Assembly: GCF_030028105.1 (NCBI RefSeq)
Contig: NC_092402.1
Location: 50,304,527 to 50,368,526 of the forward strand
Length of the DNA: 64,000 bases
Direction: 5' to 3'
From: Mobula birostris
Taxonomy: Eukaryota
The notes below the pieces were generated by a model. It was not told the DNA's origin. It saw only the letters and a list, made by a program, of their open reading frames with translations, and made no database searches. The position numbers were made by a program, and so were the translations under genes. Positions 1 through 55,660 of the stretch are shown one piece after another (within the stretch, counting starts at the first letter, position 1; every line of letters starts with the position of its first letter).

Positions 1-1142
1 GCCCAGGTTGTAGACTCCTCAGCCAGGGGAAAATACTCCCCACATCAAGACTATTAAGAATTTTGTATGTTTCAATGAGATCACAGCTTATTCTTGTGAA
101 CTCCAGCAAGCACAGTCTTTGACTGCCCAACCTTTCCTCCAATAGCAAACTCCACTCCACATTCCAGTAATCGATCTGGTGAACTCTCACCACACTTCCC
201 ACAGTACAAGTACATCCTTCAGGTTCAGAAAAGGAAAAATGATGTCAGAATCGTGGCCATGGGCCATCTTCTCAGGAGAAGTGCTTCAGGAAAAGAAACC
301 CAGGAAGAGGTTTTGCACAATTTGAAAAAAACAAACTTAAAATAATAATAAAACAGTAAATATAAATGTAATTCTATCACGACAATGTTGGAATACTCAG
401 TGAGACAAGAGCCATTTGTGAGAGAACTTCAGTTATTGCCTCAAGTTGATTATCTGACCAACAGATATTACACTATAAAATTTTCATTGTATTTATCAAT
501 TTTAAAATTGATAAATACAAATATAATAGATAAGGAACAGAGTGATTTGTATCGGTAAAGTTCATTGTGTAAGGCCTCAGGGTTGAGCAGGTCAGATTAC
601 GAGAGGCAAGAAATAAGCTGAAAAAAAGTTGGAAGGGAATGTCACAGGTAAGATGTAGGAAGGGGAGGGGAGAAGAGAAAATAAGTAAATAAATAAATAA
701 AATGGAAGCAGGAAAGAATGCTACAGCTTTGTCACCCTGGGACAGAGTGAAAAGAATAGACCAAGGAGTCATCCTACTGACCACAGAGCATGGAGAGAGT
801 AGTAGTAACATTAGGACAGCAAAATGGAAGAAACAAAAAAAATTGCAAAGCAGTAACCATAGTAATAACAGCCAATAAGGGCAGTACTGACACACTAAAG
901 CAATTAAGATAAAAAGCACATCTGCAGGATTCAGGATGTAAACTAATTGCACTGACTCCCTCAACTGTTTTGTAAGCTGCTTCCATGTAATTCATCACAA
1001 TCTATATGATCATCATATAATCAAGTATAATAAACGCTAAGCCAATGTGAAATTTAAATTAGATCTACCTCAGTACAATGGGTACCTGCACATCGTAAGT
1101 TCTAACTGTGTATCACAGATGGAATAGGAAGGATTATTAGAA

Positions 1143-1769
1143 CAACACACATCAAAGTTGCTGGTGAACGCAGCAGGCCAGGCAGCATCTCTAGGGAGAG
1201 GTACAGTCGACGTTTCAGGCCGAGACCCTTCGTCAGGACTAACTGAAGGAAGAGCTAGTAAGAGATTTGAAAGTTGGAGGGAGAGGGGGAGATCCAAAAT
1301 GATAGGAGAAGACAGGAGGGGGAGGGATGGCGCCAAGAGCTGGACAGGTGATTGGCAAAAGGGATGTGAGAGGATCATGGGACAGGAGGTCCGGGAAGAA
1401 AGACCGGGGGGGGGGGGACCCAGAGGATGGGCAAGGGGTATATTCAGAGGGACAGAGGGAGAAAAAGGAGAGTGAGAGAAAGAATGTGTGTATATAAATA
1501 AATAACAGATGGGGTACGAGGGGGAGGTGGGGCATTAGCGGAAGTTAGAGAAGTCAATGTTCATGCCATCAGGTTGGAGGCTACCCAGACGGAATATAAG
1601 GTGTTGTTCCTCCAACCTGAGTGTGGCTTCATCTTTACAGTAGAGGAGGCCGTGGATAGACATGTCAGAATGGGAATGGGATGTGGAATTAAAATGTGTG
1701 GCCACTGGGAGATCCTGCTTTCTCTGGCGGACAGAGCGTAGGTCTGCGTCGGGTCTCGCCAATATATAA
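1143..1769 (-). mobile_element. Penelope-like element (Neptune-type), 3' fragment with GIY-YIG C-terminus and terminal hammerhead
   Basis: Encodes LPVATHFNSTSHSHSDMSIHGL...RLEEQHLIFRLGSLQPDGMNIDF; near-identical to 51526-52180; 14-bp direct repeat aaggattattagaa at 1129-1142 and 1770-1783. Confidence 0.88.
1205..1240 (-). ncRNA. Minimal type I hammerhead ribozyme motif
   Basis: Minus strand reads AGTC-CTGACGA-AGGGTCTCGGCCT-GAAA-CG-TC-GACT: stem I AGTC/GACT, core CUGANGA and GAAA, GUC site, palindromic ACGU helix III. Confidence 0.75.
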
Positions 1770-1999
1770 AAGGATTATTAGAAGTTCACCCAAACTTCAC
1801 CTCAATTCTCCAAATAGAGTTAACTGATATTGGGGATATTATTAGTGGAGCTAAGGAACATCTAACAGGCTATTTGTAGCTTTGTTTTAAAAGTTGTATC
1901 ACTGTAATTGAATAGCAGGATGATATTCTTTATCAACACTGAGATAAGATGTTCAAAGTAAATTATCAACCATATACAACCCTAAGATTCATTTCATTT

Positions 2000-2205
2000 A
2001 TTTATTGAGATACAGCACGGAATGGGCCCTGCCTGCCACTCAGCAATCCCGATTTAATCCTAGCCTAACCATGGGGCAATTTACAATAACCAATTGACCT
2101 ACCAACCGGTCATCTTTGGAATGTAGGAGGAAACCGGAGCACGCAGAGGAAACCCATGCAGTCATGGGGAGAAGGTACAAACTCCATACAGACAGTGGCA
2201 GAAAT
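2000..2205 (-). mobile_element. tRNA-derived V-domain SINE (HE1-like) fragment
   Basis: Reverse strand ggagtttgtaccttctcccc...gggtttcctc..gtgctccggtttcctcc; related copies at about 8630-8920(-), 18040-18310(+), 20190-20450(+), 22215-22515(+). Confidence 0.7.
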
Positions 2206-2209
2206 ACTC

Positions 2210-5200
2210 TTGTGGGCATACTCAATAAATCTATAGAATAATAACCATAAATAGAATCAATGAAAGACTGCCCAACTTGGGTGTTCAGCTAGAGTGCAGA
2301 AGACAACTGTACAAATACAAAAAGAAACACTAAAAATAAATAACAATAAATATCGAGAGGATGAAATGAAGAGTCCTTGAAAGCAAGTCCATATGTTGTG
2401 GAAACATTTCACTGATAGGACAAGTAAAGATGAGTGAAGTTATCCTCTTTGGTTCAAGAGCCTGATGATTGAGGGGTAATAACGGTTTCTGAACCTGGTG
2501 GAGTTGGTCATGAGACTCCTGTACCTTTTTCCTGGTGGCAGCAGCAAGAAAAGAGTACGTCCTAGGTGGTGGGGATCCTCAATGATTGACACTGCTTTCC
2601 TGCGACAGCGTTTCATGCACAATGGTTGGGAGCACTGTACCAATGACAGTGGGCTGCATCCACTACTTTGTGTAGAAATTTCTGTTCAAGGGCACTGCTG
2701 TTTCCATGCCAGGCTGCGATGTAGCCAGTCAATATACTGATCACCACATATCCATAAAAGTTTATCAAAGTTTTAGATGTCATGCTGAATCTCCGCGAAT
2801 TCTTAAGAGAGGCGCTGCCGTGCTTTCTTCATAATTACACTTACGTGCTGGGCCCAGGACAGGTCTCTGAAATAGTAACACTGAGGAATTTAAAGCTGCT
2901 GACCCTCCCCACCTCTGATCCCCTAGTGAGGACTGGCTCATGGACCTCTCATTTCCTTCTCCTGAAGTCTATACTCAGCCCAATGGTCTTGCTGACATTG
3001 AGCGAGAGGTTGTTGTTATGACACCACTCAGCCAGATTTTCAATCTCTCTCCTGTATGCTGATTCATCACTACCTTTGACTGGGCCAATGACAGTGATGT
3101 TGTCAGCAAACATAAAAATATGACACTGGAGTTGTGCTTAGTCACACAGTCATAAGTGGAAAGCAAGTAGAGCAGGGGGCTAAGCACACAACCTTGTGGG
3201 GCTCCTGTGCTGATAGAGATTGCGGAGGAGATGTTTTTGTCAATCCAAACTGACTGAGGTCTGCAAGTGAGGAAATCCAGGATCCAATTGCACAAGGTGG
3301 TATTGAGGCCAAGGTCTTGGAACTTACTGATTAGTTTGGAGGGGATGATTGTATTGAATGCTGAGCTGTATGCATCTTTGCTGTCTAGATGCTCTAGGGT
3401 TGAGGAAAGATCCAATGAGATGGCATCTGCTATGGACCTATTGCTCCGGTAGGCAAATTGGAGCAGACCCAAGTTGCTTCTCAGGCAAGAGTTGATATGT
3501 TTCATCATCGATCTCTCAAAACACCATCACTGTGGACACAAGTGCTACTGGGCAACAGTCATTGAGGCAGGTCTTCTTGGGCACTGGTGTAATTGAAGCC
3601 TGCTTGAAGCAGGTGGGTACCTCAGACTGCTGAAGCGAGAAGTTAAAGATCTCAGTGAGCACTCCAGCCAGGTAATCAGCACAGGTATCCCATCAGGTAC
3701 CTGGACAGGTATCTCATCAAGACTGGATACTTTTCATGGGTTCACGCTCCTGAAGGATGCTCACACGTTGGCCTCAAGAGTCTGAAATCACAGGATTATT
3801 GGGGGCTGTGGGAGTTCATGATGGTTCCTCAATGTTTTGACAGTCAAAGCGAGCATAGAAGACATTGAGTTCTTCTGGAAGCGAAGCCCTGGTGTCACCT
3901 ATGTTGCTCAAGAAGTGATAGTATTCAAGTTCTGCTATAGCTGTCAAGCAGGGTGGACAAAGGAGAGGCAGTGGATGTCATTTACTTGGATTTTCAGAAG
4001 GCATTTGATAAGGTGCCTCACATGAGGCTGCTTAGCAAGATAAAGTTCTATGGAACTACAGGAAAAATACTGGCATGAACAGAGGAATGGCTGACAGGCA
4101 GGAGGCAGTGAGTGGGAATAAAAGGGGCCTTTTCTGGTTGGCTGCCAGTGACTAGCGGTGTTCCTCCGGGGTCAGTATTGGGACCGCTACTTTTCACATT
4201 GTTTGTCAATGACTTGGATAATGGAATTGATGGCTTTATGGCAGAGTCTGCGAATGATACAAAGATAGGTGGAGGGGTAGGTAGTGCTGAGGAAACAATG
4301 CGATTGCAGAAAGACTTAAGACAAACTGGAAGAATGGGCAAGAAAGTGGCAGATGGAATAGTGCTGGGAAATGTACAATTATGCATTTCCATAAATGGAA
4401 CAATAGTGCGGACTGTTATCTAAACGGGAAGAAGGTTCAAACATCAGAGGTGCAGAGGGACTTGGGAATCCTCGTACAAAACTCCCAGAAGGTTAATGTA
4501 CAGGTTGAGTCTGTGGTAAAGAAGGCAAATGCAATGTTGGCATTTATTTCAAGGGGAATAGAATATAAAAGCAAGGAGATAATGCTGAGCCTTTATACAA
4601 CACTAGTCAGGCCGCACTTTGAGTATTGTCAAGAGTTTTGGGCCTCATATCTCAGAAAGGATGTGTTGTCACTGGAGAGAGTCCAGAGGAGGCTCACGAG
4701 GATGATTCTGGGAATGAAGGGGTTAACACATGAGGAGCATTTGGCAGCTTTGGGCCTGTACTCACTGGAATTTAAAAGAAAGTGGGGGTTCTCATTGAAA
4801 CCTACCGAATGTTGAAAGGACTAGATAGGGTGCATGTGAAGAGGACGTTTCCTATGGTGGGGGTATGCAGAACTACAGGGCACAGGCTCAAAATTGAGGG
4901 GTGAATCTTTAGAATAGAGGCAAGGAGGATTTTTTTTTTTAGCCAGAGAGTGGTGAATCTGTGGGATGGTCTGCCACAGACTGCGGTGGAGGTCAAGTCT
5001 GTGCGTATATTTAAGGGAGAAGTTGATCACTTCCTGATCTATCAGGGCATCAAAGGATATGACGAGAAGGCAGGTGTATGGGGTTGAGTGGGATCTAGGT
5101 TCAGCCATGATAGAATGGCAGAGCAGACGCAATGGGCTGAATGGCCCAATTCTACTCCCATGTCTTATGGTCTTGACCGAATGATTTCGTGGAGCCACAC

Positions 5201-5870
5201 TCGTCTACAACTGCTTTAATAAAGTCTGTGACAACCATCCTGTACTCATTCAGATCCACAGACAAGTCCTTGAACTTGGCCCAGTCCATTGACTAGAAGG
5301 AAACCCATAGTCACTCCTCTGCCTCCTGCGACAACCTTTGTTGTCCTAATCTTTAGCACTTTTTTGTTCAGCCTCTGCCTGTATGCAGTTAGGACAGCCA
5401 AGCGATCTGATTTACTGAAATGTGGTCTGGGCAAGGAACGGTAGGCATTCCTTATCTTAGCATAACAGTGGCCTTGTGTGTTGGGACCCCTGGCGCTTCG
5501 GGTTATATGCTGATGGTTTTCTTCCAACAAGCCTAATTGTAGTACCCACTATGATTTGAAATGCATTTGGATGGACTGTTTCTTATTTGGAAACGGCATC
5601 ATCCAGTATCACAAGCACTTGATTCTCATTGGCCTCTGGTGGTATATAAACTGCGGTCAGGATTATGGAGGAGAACTCCCTAGGTAAATAGAGTGGATGG
5701 CATTTGACTGTTAGGTGTTCAAGGTCAGGGGGACACTGGTTTGACAAAACCACCACACTGGAGCACCAATGAGAGTTCATCATGAAACACACACCTCCAC
5801 CTTTCACCTTTTCCGAATCAGCAGTTCAGTGTTTGGTAAATCGAGAAGCCTTCCAGTTTGATTGCTTGTC
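2210..5870 (-). mobile_element. Decayed Rex1/Babar-type LINE, interrupted by the CR1 at 3945-5175
   Basis: Endonuclease-like KGGGVCFM...CHPLYLPREFSSIILTAVYIPP (5583-5807); [12 protein letters not shown]...[15 protein letters not shown] (2975-3508); C-terminal HLGRTLFLLLPPGKRYRSL (2440-2643); many frameshifts. Confidence 0.8.
3945..5175 (+). mobile_element. CR1 LINE, 5'-truncated
   Basis: VTSGVPPGSVLGPLLF...LYTTLVRPHFEYC RT C-terminus; CR1 3' tail gggctgaatggcc...tcttatggtctt. Confidence 0.88.
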
Positions 5871-6208
5871 TAGCATGCTGGGAGACAGCCAACTTATGGG
5901 TAACGTGTACAAAACACATACAGTCGTCTGCCAACTAGAGAATGTCATACTAGCACTGAACTCGTACAATGAGGAATGGGCTTCTAGAGTGATGTTGAAT
6001 AGAGATGGATAAAGATGGAACTATGACCTACATAAACCTCAAAGCCCTAATCACTTGTTTTTTAATTTTAAAACAAGCCTTTTTCTTTCAAAGAGATAAC
6101 ACCAGATAAATTTGATGTGAAATGATGACCTCAGAAGAACCAGCCCTCCCTCGCTTACCTCAAGAGACAAGGACTCTCCTTGTCCCACTCCCTGAAGTTT
6201 TTATATTA

Positions 6209-50410
<44,202 letters not shown>

Positions 50411-51525
50411 CTAGAACAAGAAAGCAATTGACTCAGTGATGAAAATAAAGTTCTAGAACTCAGCTTTCAACACTCGGTACAATAATTCACTGTATCACAA
50501 CATGAAAGCATTCCAATAGACAGTGATAACACATTTTAAAGAGAAGGTTAAGCGTTATTCAATCACTCCTCCACTGATGTAAATAGATAATAAAGGCAAT
50601 GTTCTTTGAATAATTCAGCACACAGATTGACAGGAACAAAACTCAGCAATAAAACCTCTTCCAATGGAGAAAACTAGTGAAGTGAGACTTAATAACATGT
50701 TAACCTTCGATATGGAAGAGTTGAAGTTTCACAAACAGGATGATTTTCTTAAGTACAGAAGCTCAACCTCCATCCAAATAACAGACATCACCTGTCTAAA
50801 CTCTGGCTTCCAGAACCTTTCTATTTGATGATAAATGAAAAAGCCATATTCTAGTAGTAGGCAAAGATAAAGGTACAACTTTCTTTATCTACTGCCCAAG
50901 AGTTACATGGTACACTTTGCCCCCAAAACTGAAAGTGGCGAACAACAGGTGTTAAGCTGCTGCTTCTTAACACCGAGGGATACCAGACTGGCAGAAATTA
51001 TTTGTTCAAATAAAAGCATTGTTTTTGTATTCCTTACAATAAAGGCTGCTTCCCAGACTTATCTGAGCCTTAATTTAGTCAAACTTTTTCCAAAAGGTGC
51101 AATTCCTGTTCTTGGTTTGCAAACCTAGGTCAACTTGACCAACATGGCTCAAGAAACAACAGGATGGTGAAAATTGAAAAGCGAATTGAAAACAAAATGT
51201 GGGAAATTCTCCTTTGTTAGGCAGCATCTGGGGAGGGAGAAACAAGGTTCAACATTTCAGATTTTTCTCATCAACCCAAATGTCAACCCTTTGGCCTGAC
51301 TCATTCATGCCAACTGAGACACCCATCCATGCAATTCTATTTTTCTCTTATTTCTCTATTCCTTTCCACTTACTTGTGATTATGATTATGAGGACACGCA
51401 GTCCCCTTTTATTGTCATTTAGTAATGCATGCATTAAGAAATGATACAATGTTTTTCCAGAATGATATCACGAAAACACATGACAAACAGACTTAAAAAC
51501 TAACAAAAACCACATAATTATAACA

Positions 51526-52945
51526 ACACACATCAAAGTTGCTGGTGAACGCAGCAGGCCAGGCAGCATCTCGAGGAAGAGGTGCAGTCGACGTTTCGGG
51601 CCGAGACCCTTCGTCAGGACTAACTGAAGGAAGAGTTAGTAAGAGATTTGAAAGTTGGAGGGGGAGATCCAAAATGATAGGAGAAGACAGGAGGGGGAGG
51701 GATGGAGCCAAGAACTGGACAGGTGATTGGCAAAAGGGGTACAAGAGGATCATGGGGCAGGAGGTCCGGGAAGAAAGACGGGGCCGGGGAGGGAGGGGGA
51801 ACCCAGAGAATGGGCAAGAGGTATATTCAGAGGGACAGAGGGAGAAAAAGGAGAGTGAGAGAAAGAATGTGTGTATAAAAATAAATAACAGATGAGGTAC
51901 GAGGGGGAGGTGGGGCATTAGCGGAAGTTAGAGAAGTCGATGTTCATGCCATCAGGTTGGAGGCTACCCAAATGGAATATAAGGTGTTCTTCCTCCAACC
52001 TGAGTGTGGCTTCATCTTTACAGTAGAGGAGGCCGTGGATAGACATGTCAGAATGGGAATGGGATGTGGAATTAAAATGTGTGGCCACTGGGAGATCCTC
52101 CTTTCTCTGGCGGACAAAGCGTAGGTGTTCAGCAAAGCGGTCTCCCACTCTGCGTCGGGTCTTGCCAATATATAAAAGGCCACATCGGGAGCACTGGACG
52201 CAGTATATCACCCCAGCCGACTCACAGGTGAAGTGTCGCCTCACCTGGAACGACTGGGCCCTGAATGGTGGTAAGGGAGGAAGTGTAAGGGCATGTGTAG
52301 CACTTGTTCCGCTTACACGGTTAAGTGCCAGGAGGGAGATCAGTGGGGAGGACGAATGGACAAGGGAGTCGCGTAGGGAACGATCCCTGCGGAAAGCAGA
52401 CGGGGGGGGGGGGGGGAGGGAAAGATGTGCTTAGTGGTGGAATCCCGTTGGAGGTGGCGGAAATTACGGAGAATAATATGTTGGACCTGGAGGCTGGTGG
52501 GGTGGTAGGTGAGGACCAGGGGAACCCTATTCCTAGTGGGGTGGCGGGAGGATGGAGTGAGAGCAGATGTACATGAAATGGGGGAGATGCGTTTAAGAGC
52601 AGAGTTGATAGTGGAGGAAGGGAAGCCCCTTTCTTTAAAAAAGGAGGACATCTCCCTCGTCCTAGAATGAAAAGCCTCATCCTCAGAGCAGATGCAGCGG
52701 AGACGGAGGAATTGCGAGAAGGGGATGGCATTTTTGCAAGAGACAGGGTGGGAAGAGGAATAGTCCAGAAAGCTGTGAGAGTCAGTAGGCTTATAGTAGA
52801 CATCAGTTGGAAGTATATAGGGACTGAACATCCATGGTGAAAATAAAGCAGTGGGGGCCAGGGTACTTAAAATCATCAAAAAGTTTAAGAGCGTGAGAAG
52901 TGTCACGAACATATTGGAAGTATATAGGGACTGGACATTGTCCAG
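51526..52945 (-). mobile_element. Penelope-like element (Neptune-type), young, 5'-truncated and rearranged
   Basis: TDVYYKPTDSHSFLDYSSSHP..KNAIPFSQFLRLR; intact GIY-YIG (VIYCVQCSRCGLLYIGKT...RFAEH...HFN); flanking repeat ttataaca (51518-51525, 52946-52953). Confidence 0.92.
51586..51621 (-). ncRNA. Minimal type I hammerhead ribozyme motif (best-preserved copy)
   Basis: AGTC-CTGACGA-A-GGGT-CTCG-GCCC-GAAA-CG-TC-GACT; core nucleotides and stems I and II intact. Confidence 0.8.
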
Positions 52946-54500
52946 TTATAACATATAGTTACAACAGTGCAAAGCAATACCGTACTTTGATAATTACAGA
53001 TCATGGCACAGTAAAAGTCTCAAAGTCTCTCAAAAGTCCCATCATCTCACGCAGACGGTAAACCTCCAGCGCCAACTTGCCGATGCAGCATCCCAGAAGC
53101 ATCCGACCACAGTCCAACTCCAAGTCCGCCCGAAAACTCCGGGCCTCTGACCACCTCTTCGACACCGAGCACCATCTCTGCCAAGCGTTTCCACCCCGGG
53201 CCCGGCCACAGGCGATACACAAAGCTGAGGAATTGGGGCCTTCCCCTCCGGAGATTCTCAATCGCACAGTAGCAGCGGCAGCGAAGCAGGCATTTCAGAA
53301 GTTACTCCAGATGTTCCTCTGCGCTTCTCACAGCTGTCCCCATCAAATCTGGATTGTGCACGGCCCCCTAGTTACACATAACCGATATTCATTCGAAACG
53401 GCTGCGCGTGCGCTGCATCATGCCGCCATCTTCTCCTCCCTCCTGTGCAAGTGTTTCGTTGCTGAAAGCACTGATTGTACCTGCCTTTACCATTGCCTCT
53501 AGCAGCTTGTTCCATATTCCCACTTACCCATCAAATCTCCCTTAAGTGTTTCCCCATCACCTTGAGCTTGAATCTTTTAGTTTTAAATGCCCCTACCTCG
53601 AAAGAAAAAATAATGGCCAAGTATCTAACCTTCTCTGTGTCCCTCATAATTTTATATAACTCTAAGGTCACCTCCCAGCCTCCTGTGCTCCCACTGAGAA
53701 CAATCCCAGCCTATCCAATCTCTCCCTGTAAATAAAGTCTTCATTCTAGATGACATCTCATGCAATTTTTGTAGCACTACCACATCTTTTCCATGTGACC
53801 AGAATTTAGAGAGTACAGTACTCTTAGGAGCAACCAAACCAATGTCTTGTACAATTCCAACATGATGCCTCAACTCTTATACGCAGTGACTTTATCCATT
53901 AACGGATGCAAACTGAACACCATCTTCCACCCATGTAACCGTTTTCAGGGAGATGTCTACTTGCACCCTCAAGGTCATCCTGTACAATAATACTTAAAGG
54001 TCTCTATTATTTAATGCATACACCTCGCTAGTATCACATGAACTACCGCGCACTTGATTGGATTAAAATCCACCTGCCACCACTTAGTCCATCTGAGTGA
54101 CAGGAGGGCTCTACTATGAATAGTTACAACAGTCCAATGCACCACCAGTACCAGCCTACCTGCCATCAAGGAGGTGCTAGAAAATACAGCTGTATCATGA
54201 AGGACTCCACACACCCTGCTCGTGGGACTGTTTTTCTCCCCCCCACTCCCAGAGAAGAGGCTACACAGCATCCGTGCAGGACTACCAGACTCAAAAACAG
54301 TTATTTCACCCAAGCCGCCAGGACTGATTGACACCTTCACCCATTAACCTACCCCAACACCCCCCACCACCACTACTTAATAATTTCCTGCTAGGTCACC
54401 TCATAATACTCCTGTACCTAGCATCACTTTACGTACATACAGTCTGTAAATAAGCTAATCTTAAGTGTTTATATTTATTGAGCACTTTAATGTGTTCTTT

Positions 54501-54504
<4 letters not shown>

Positions 54505-54563
<59 letters not shown>
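54505..54563. repeat. (TG)n microsatellite
   Basis: About 29 consecutive TG units. Confidence 0.98.
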
Positions 54564-54571
<8 letters not shown>

Positions 54572-54934
54572 GTTTTTTTTTTTAAATGCTGCATTGGATC
54601 CAGAGCAACAATCATTTCACTCTCCTTTACACCCGTGCCCTGACAAATGACAATAAACATTCTTGAATCTACCCAACTGCATCTTAGGCAATCATCCTCT
54701 CCATCTAATTTCCAATCTTCATGTCATCCAATTTACTTATAACAAGGACATTCATTTATATACAAAACACAAGTATCCTAGCACCATTCCCTGCAGCACA
54801 GACTTTCAGAAAGCTATTAAGAAAGACTATAGAAAATTATTTTGGCTACATCATTTAAAAAGGAACTTTCTGTTGCAATGAAATCTGCATCAACAACAGA
54901 TTCAAATAGTGGTGAATCAGCAGACAAAATAATT

Positions 54935-55660
54935 GAGTACACAAGACAGGGGAGCAGAATTAAGCCATTCAGCTCATCGAGACTGCTTCACCATTCTGAT
55001 CTTATCTTCCCTCTCAACCCTATTCTCCTGCCTTCTACCGTCAGCTTTGACATTCTTTCTGATATCAGAACCTATCAACCTCTGCTTTACATATACCCAA
55101 TAACTTGGCCTCCACAGGTATGAACTCCAGATTCACCATCCTTTAGAATAGAGGTGAGGAGGAATTTATCACTAAATGGACGTCCTTCTATTCTGAGGCT
55201 GTGCCATTTGGTCCCAGACCCTCCCATAATTGGGAACATTTTCGCCATGTCCATTCTATCTAGGCCTTTCAATATTTGGCAAGTTTCAATGAGATTCCCA
55301 GCCTCCTCCTCCATTTCTTCTGAATTGCAGTGTGTACAGGCCCAAAGCCATCAAATGCTCCTCATATGTTTAACTCTCATTCCCAGGATCATTCTTGTAA
55401 ACTCCTCTGGACCCTTTCCAATGTCAACACATCCTTTCTTAAAGAAGAGGAATACACAGTACTCCAAATGTGGTCTGACTAATACTTTAGAAAATCTCAG
55501 CTTTAGCCCCTTAATTTTCTTGTCCTCTTGAAATGAATGCTAACATTGTAATTACTTTTCTTACCACCGACTCAACCTGCAAGTTAACCTTAAGGGAATT
55601 ATGCACTAGGATTGAGTCACCTTGCATCCCCAACTCCCGAATTTGCTACCAATTTCGGAA
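54935..55660 (-). mobile_element. Decayed CR1 3' fragment
   Basis: NLIETCQILKGLDRMD...HSLRIEGRPF. Confidence 0.75.

Larger units (their letters stand above)
51378..53445 (-). mobile_element. Non-coding LINE-derived element (about 0.64 kb) split by a PLE
   Basis: 5' end GGAGGAGAAGATGGCGGC (YY1-type motif), CpG-rich body, 3' AATAAA then (ATAATC)n tail; interrupted at 51526-52945. Confidence 0.55.

Noticed and set aside
473-998. Hydrophobic minus-strand ORFs as the next STAT2 SH2 exon or a membrane protein
   Set aside because: Composition reflects A/G-rich plus-strand sequence; no VEPY or PL..LYP STAT motifs found in 1-6213.
50792-50820. Possible extra STAT2 exon (AG...GT-flanked 29 nt on the minus strand)
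   Set aside because: Wrong size, and the peptide (RFWKPEFRQ) has no STAT similarity; the expected upstream exon was not found in the window.
51168-51195. Intronic ISRE (GAAAATTGAAAAGCGAA)
   Set aside because: Spacing does not fit GAAANNGAAA, and such A-rich matches are expected by chance.
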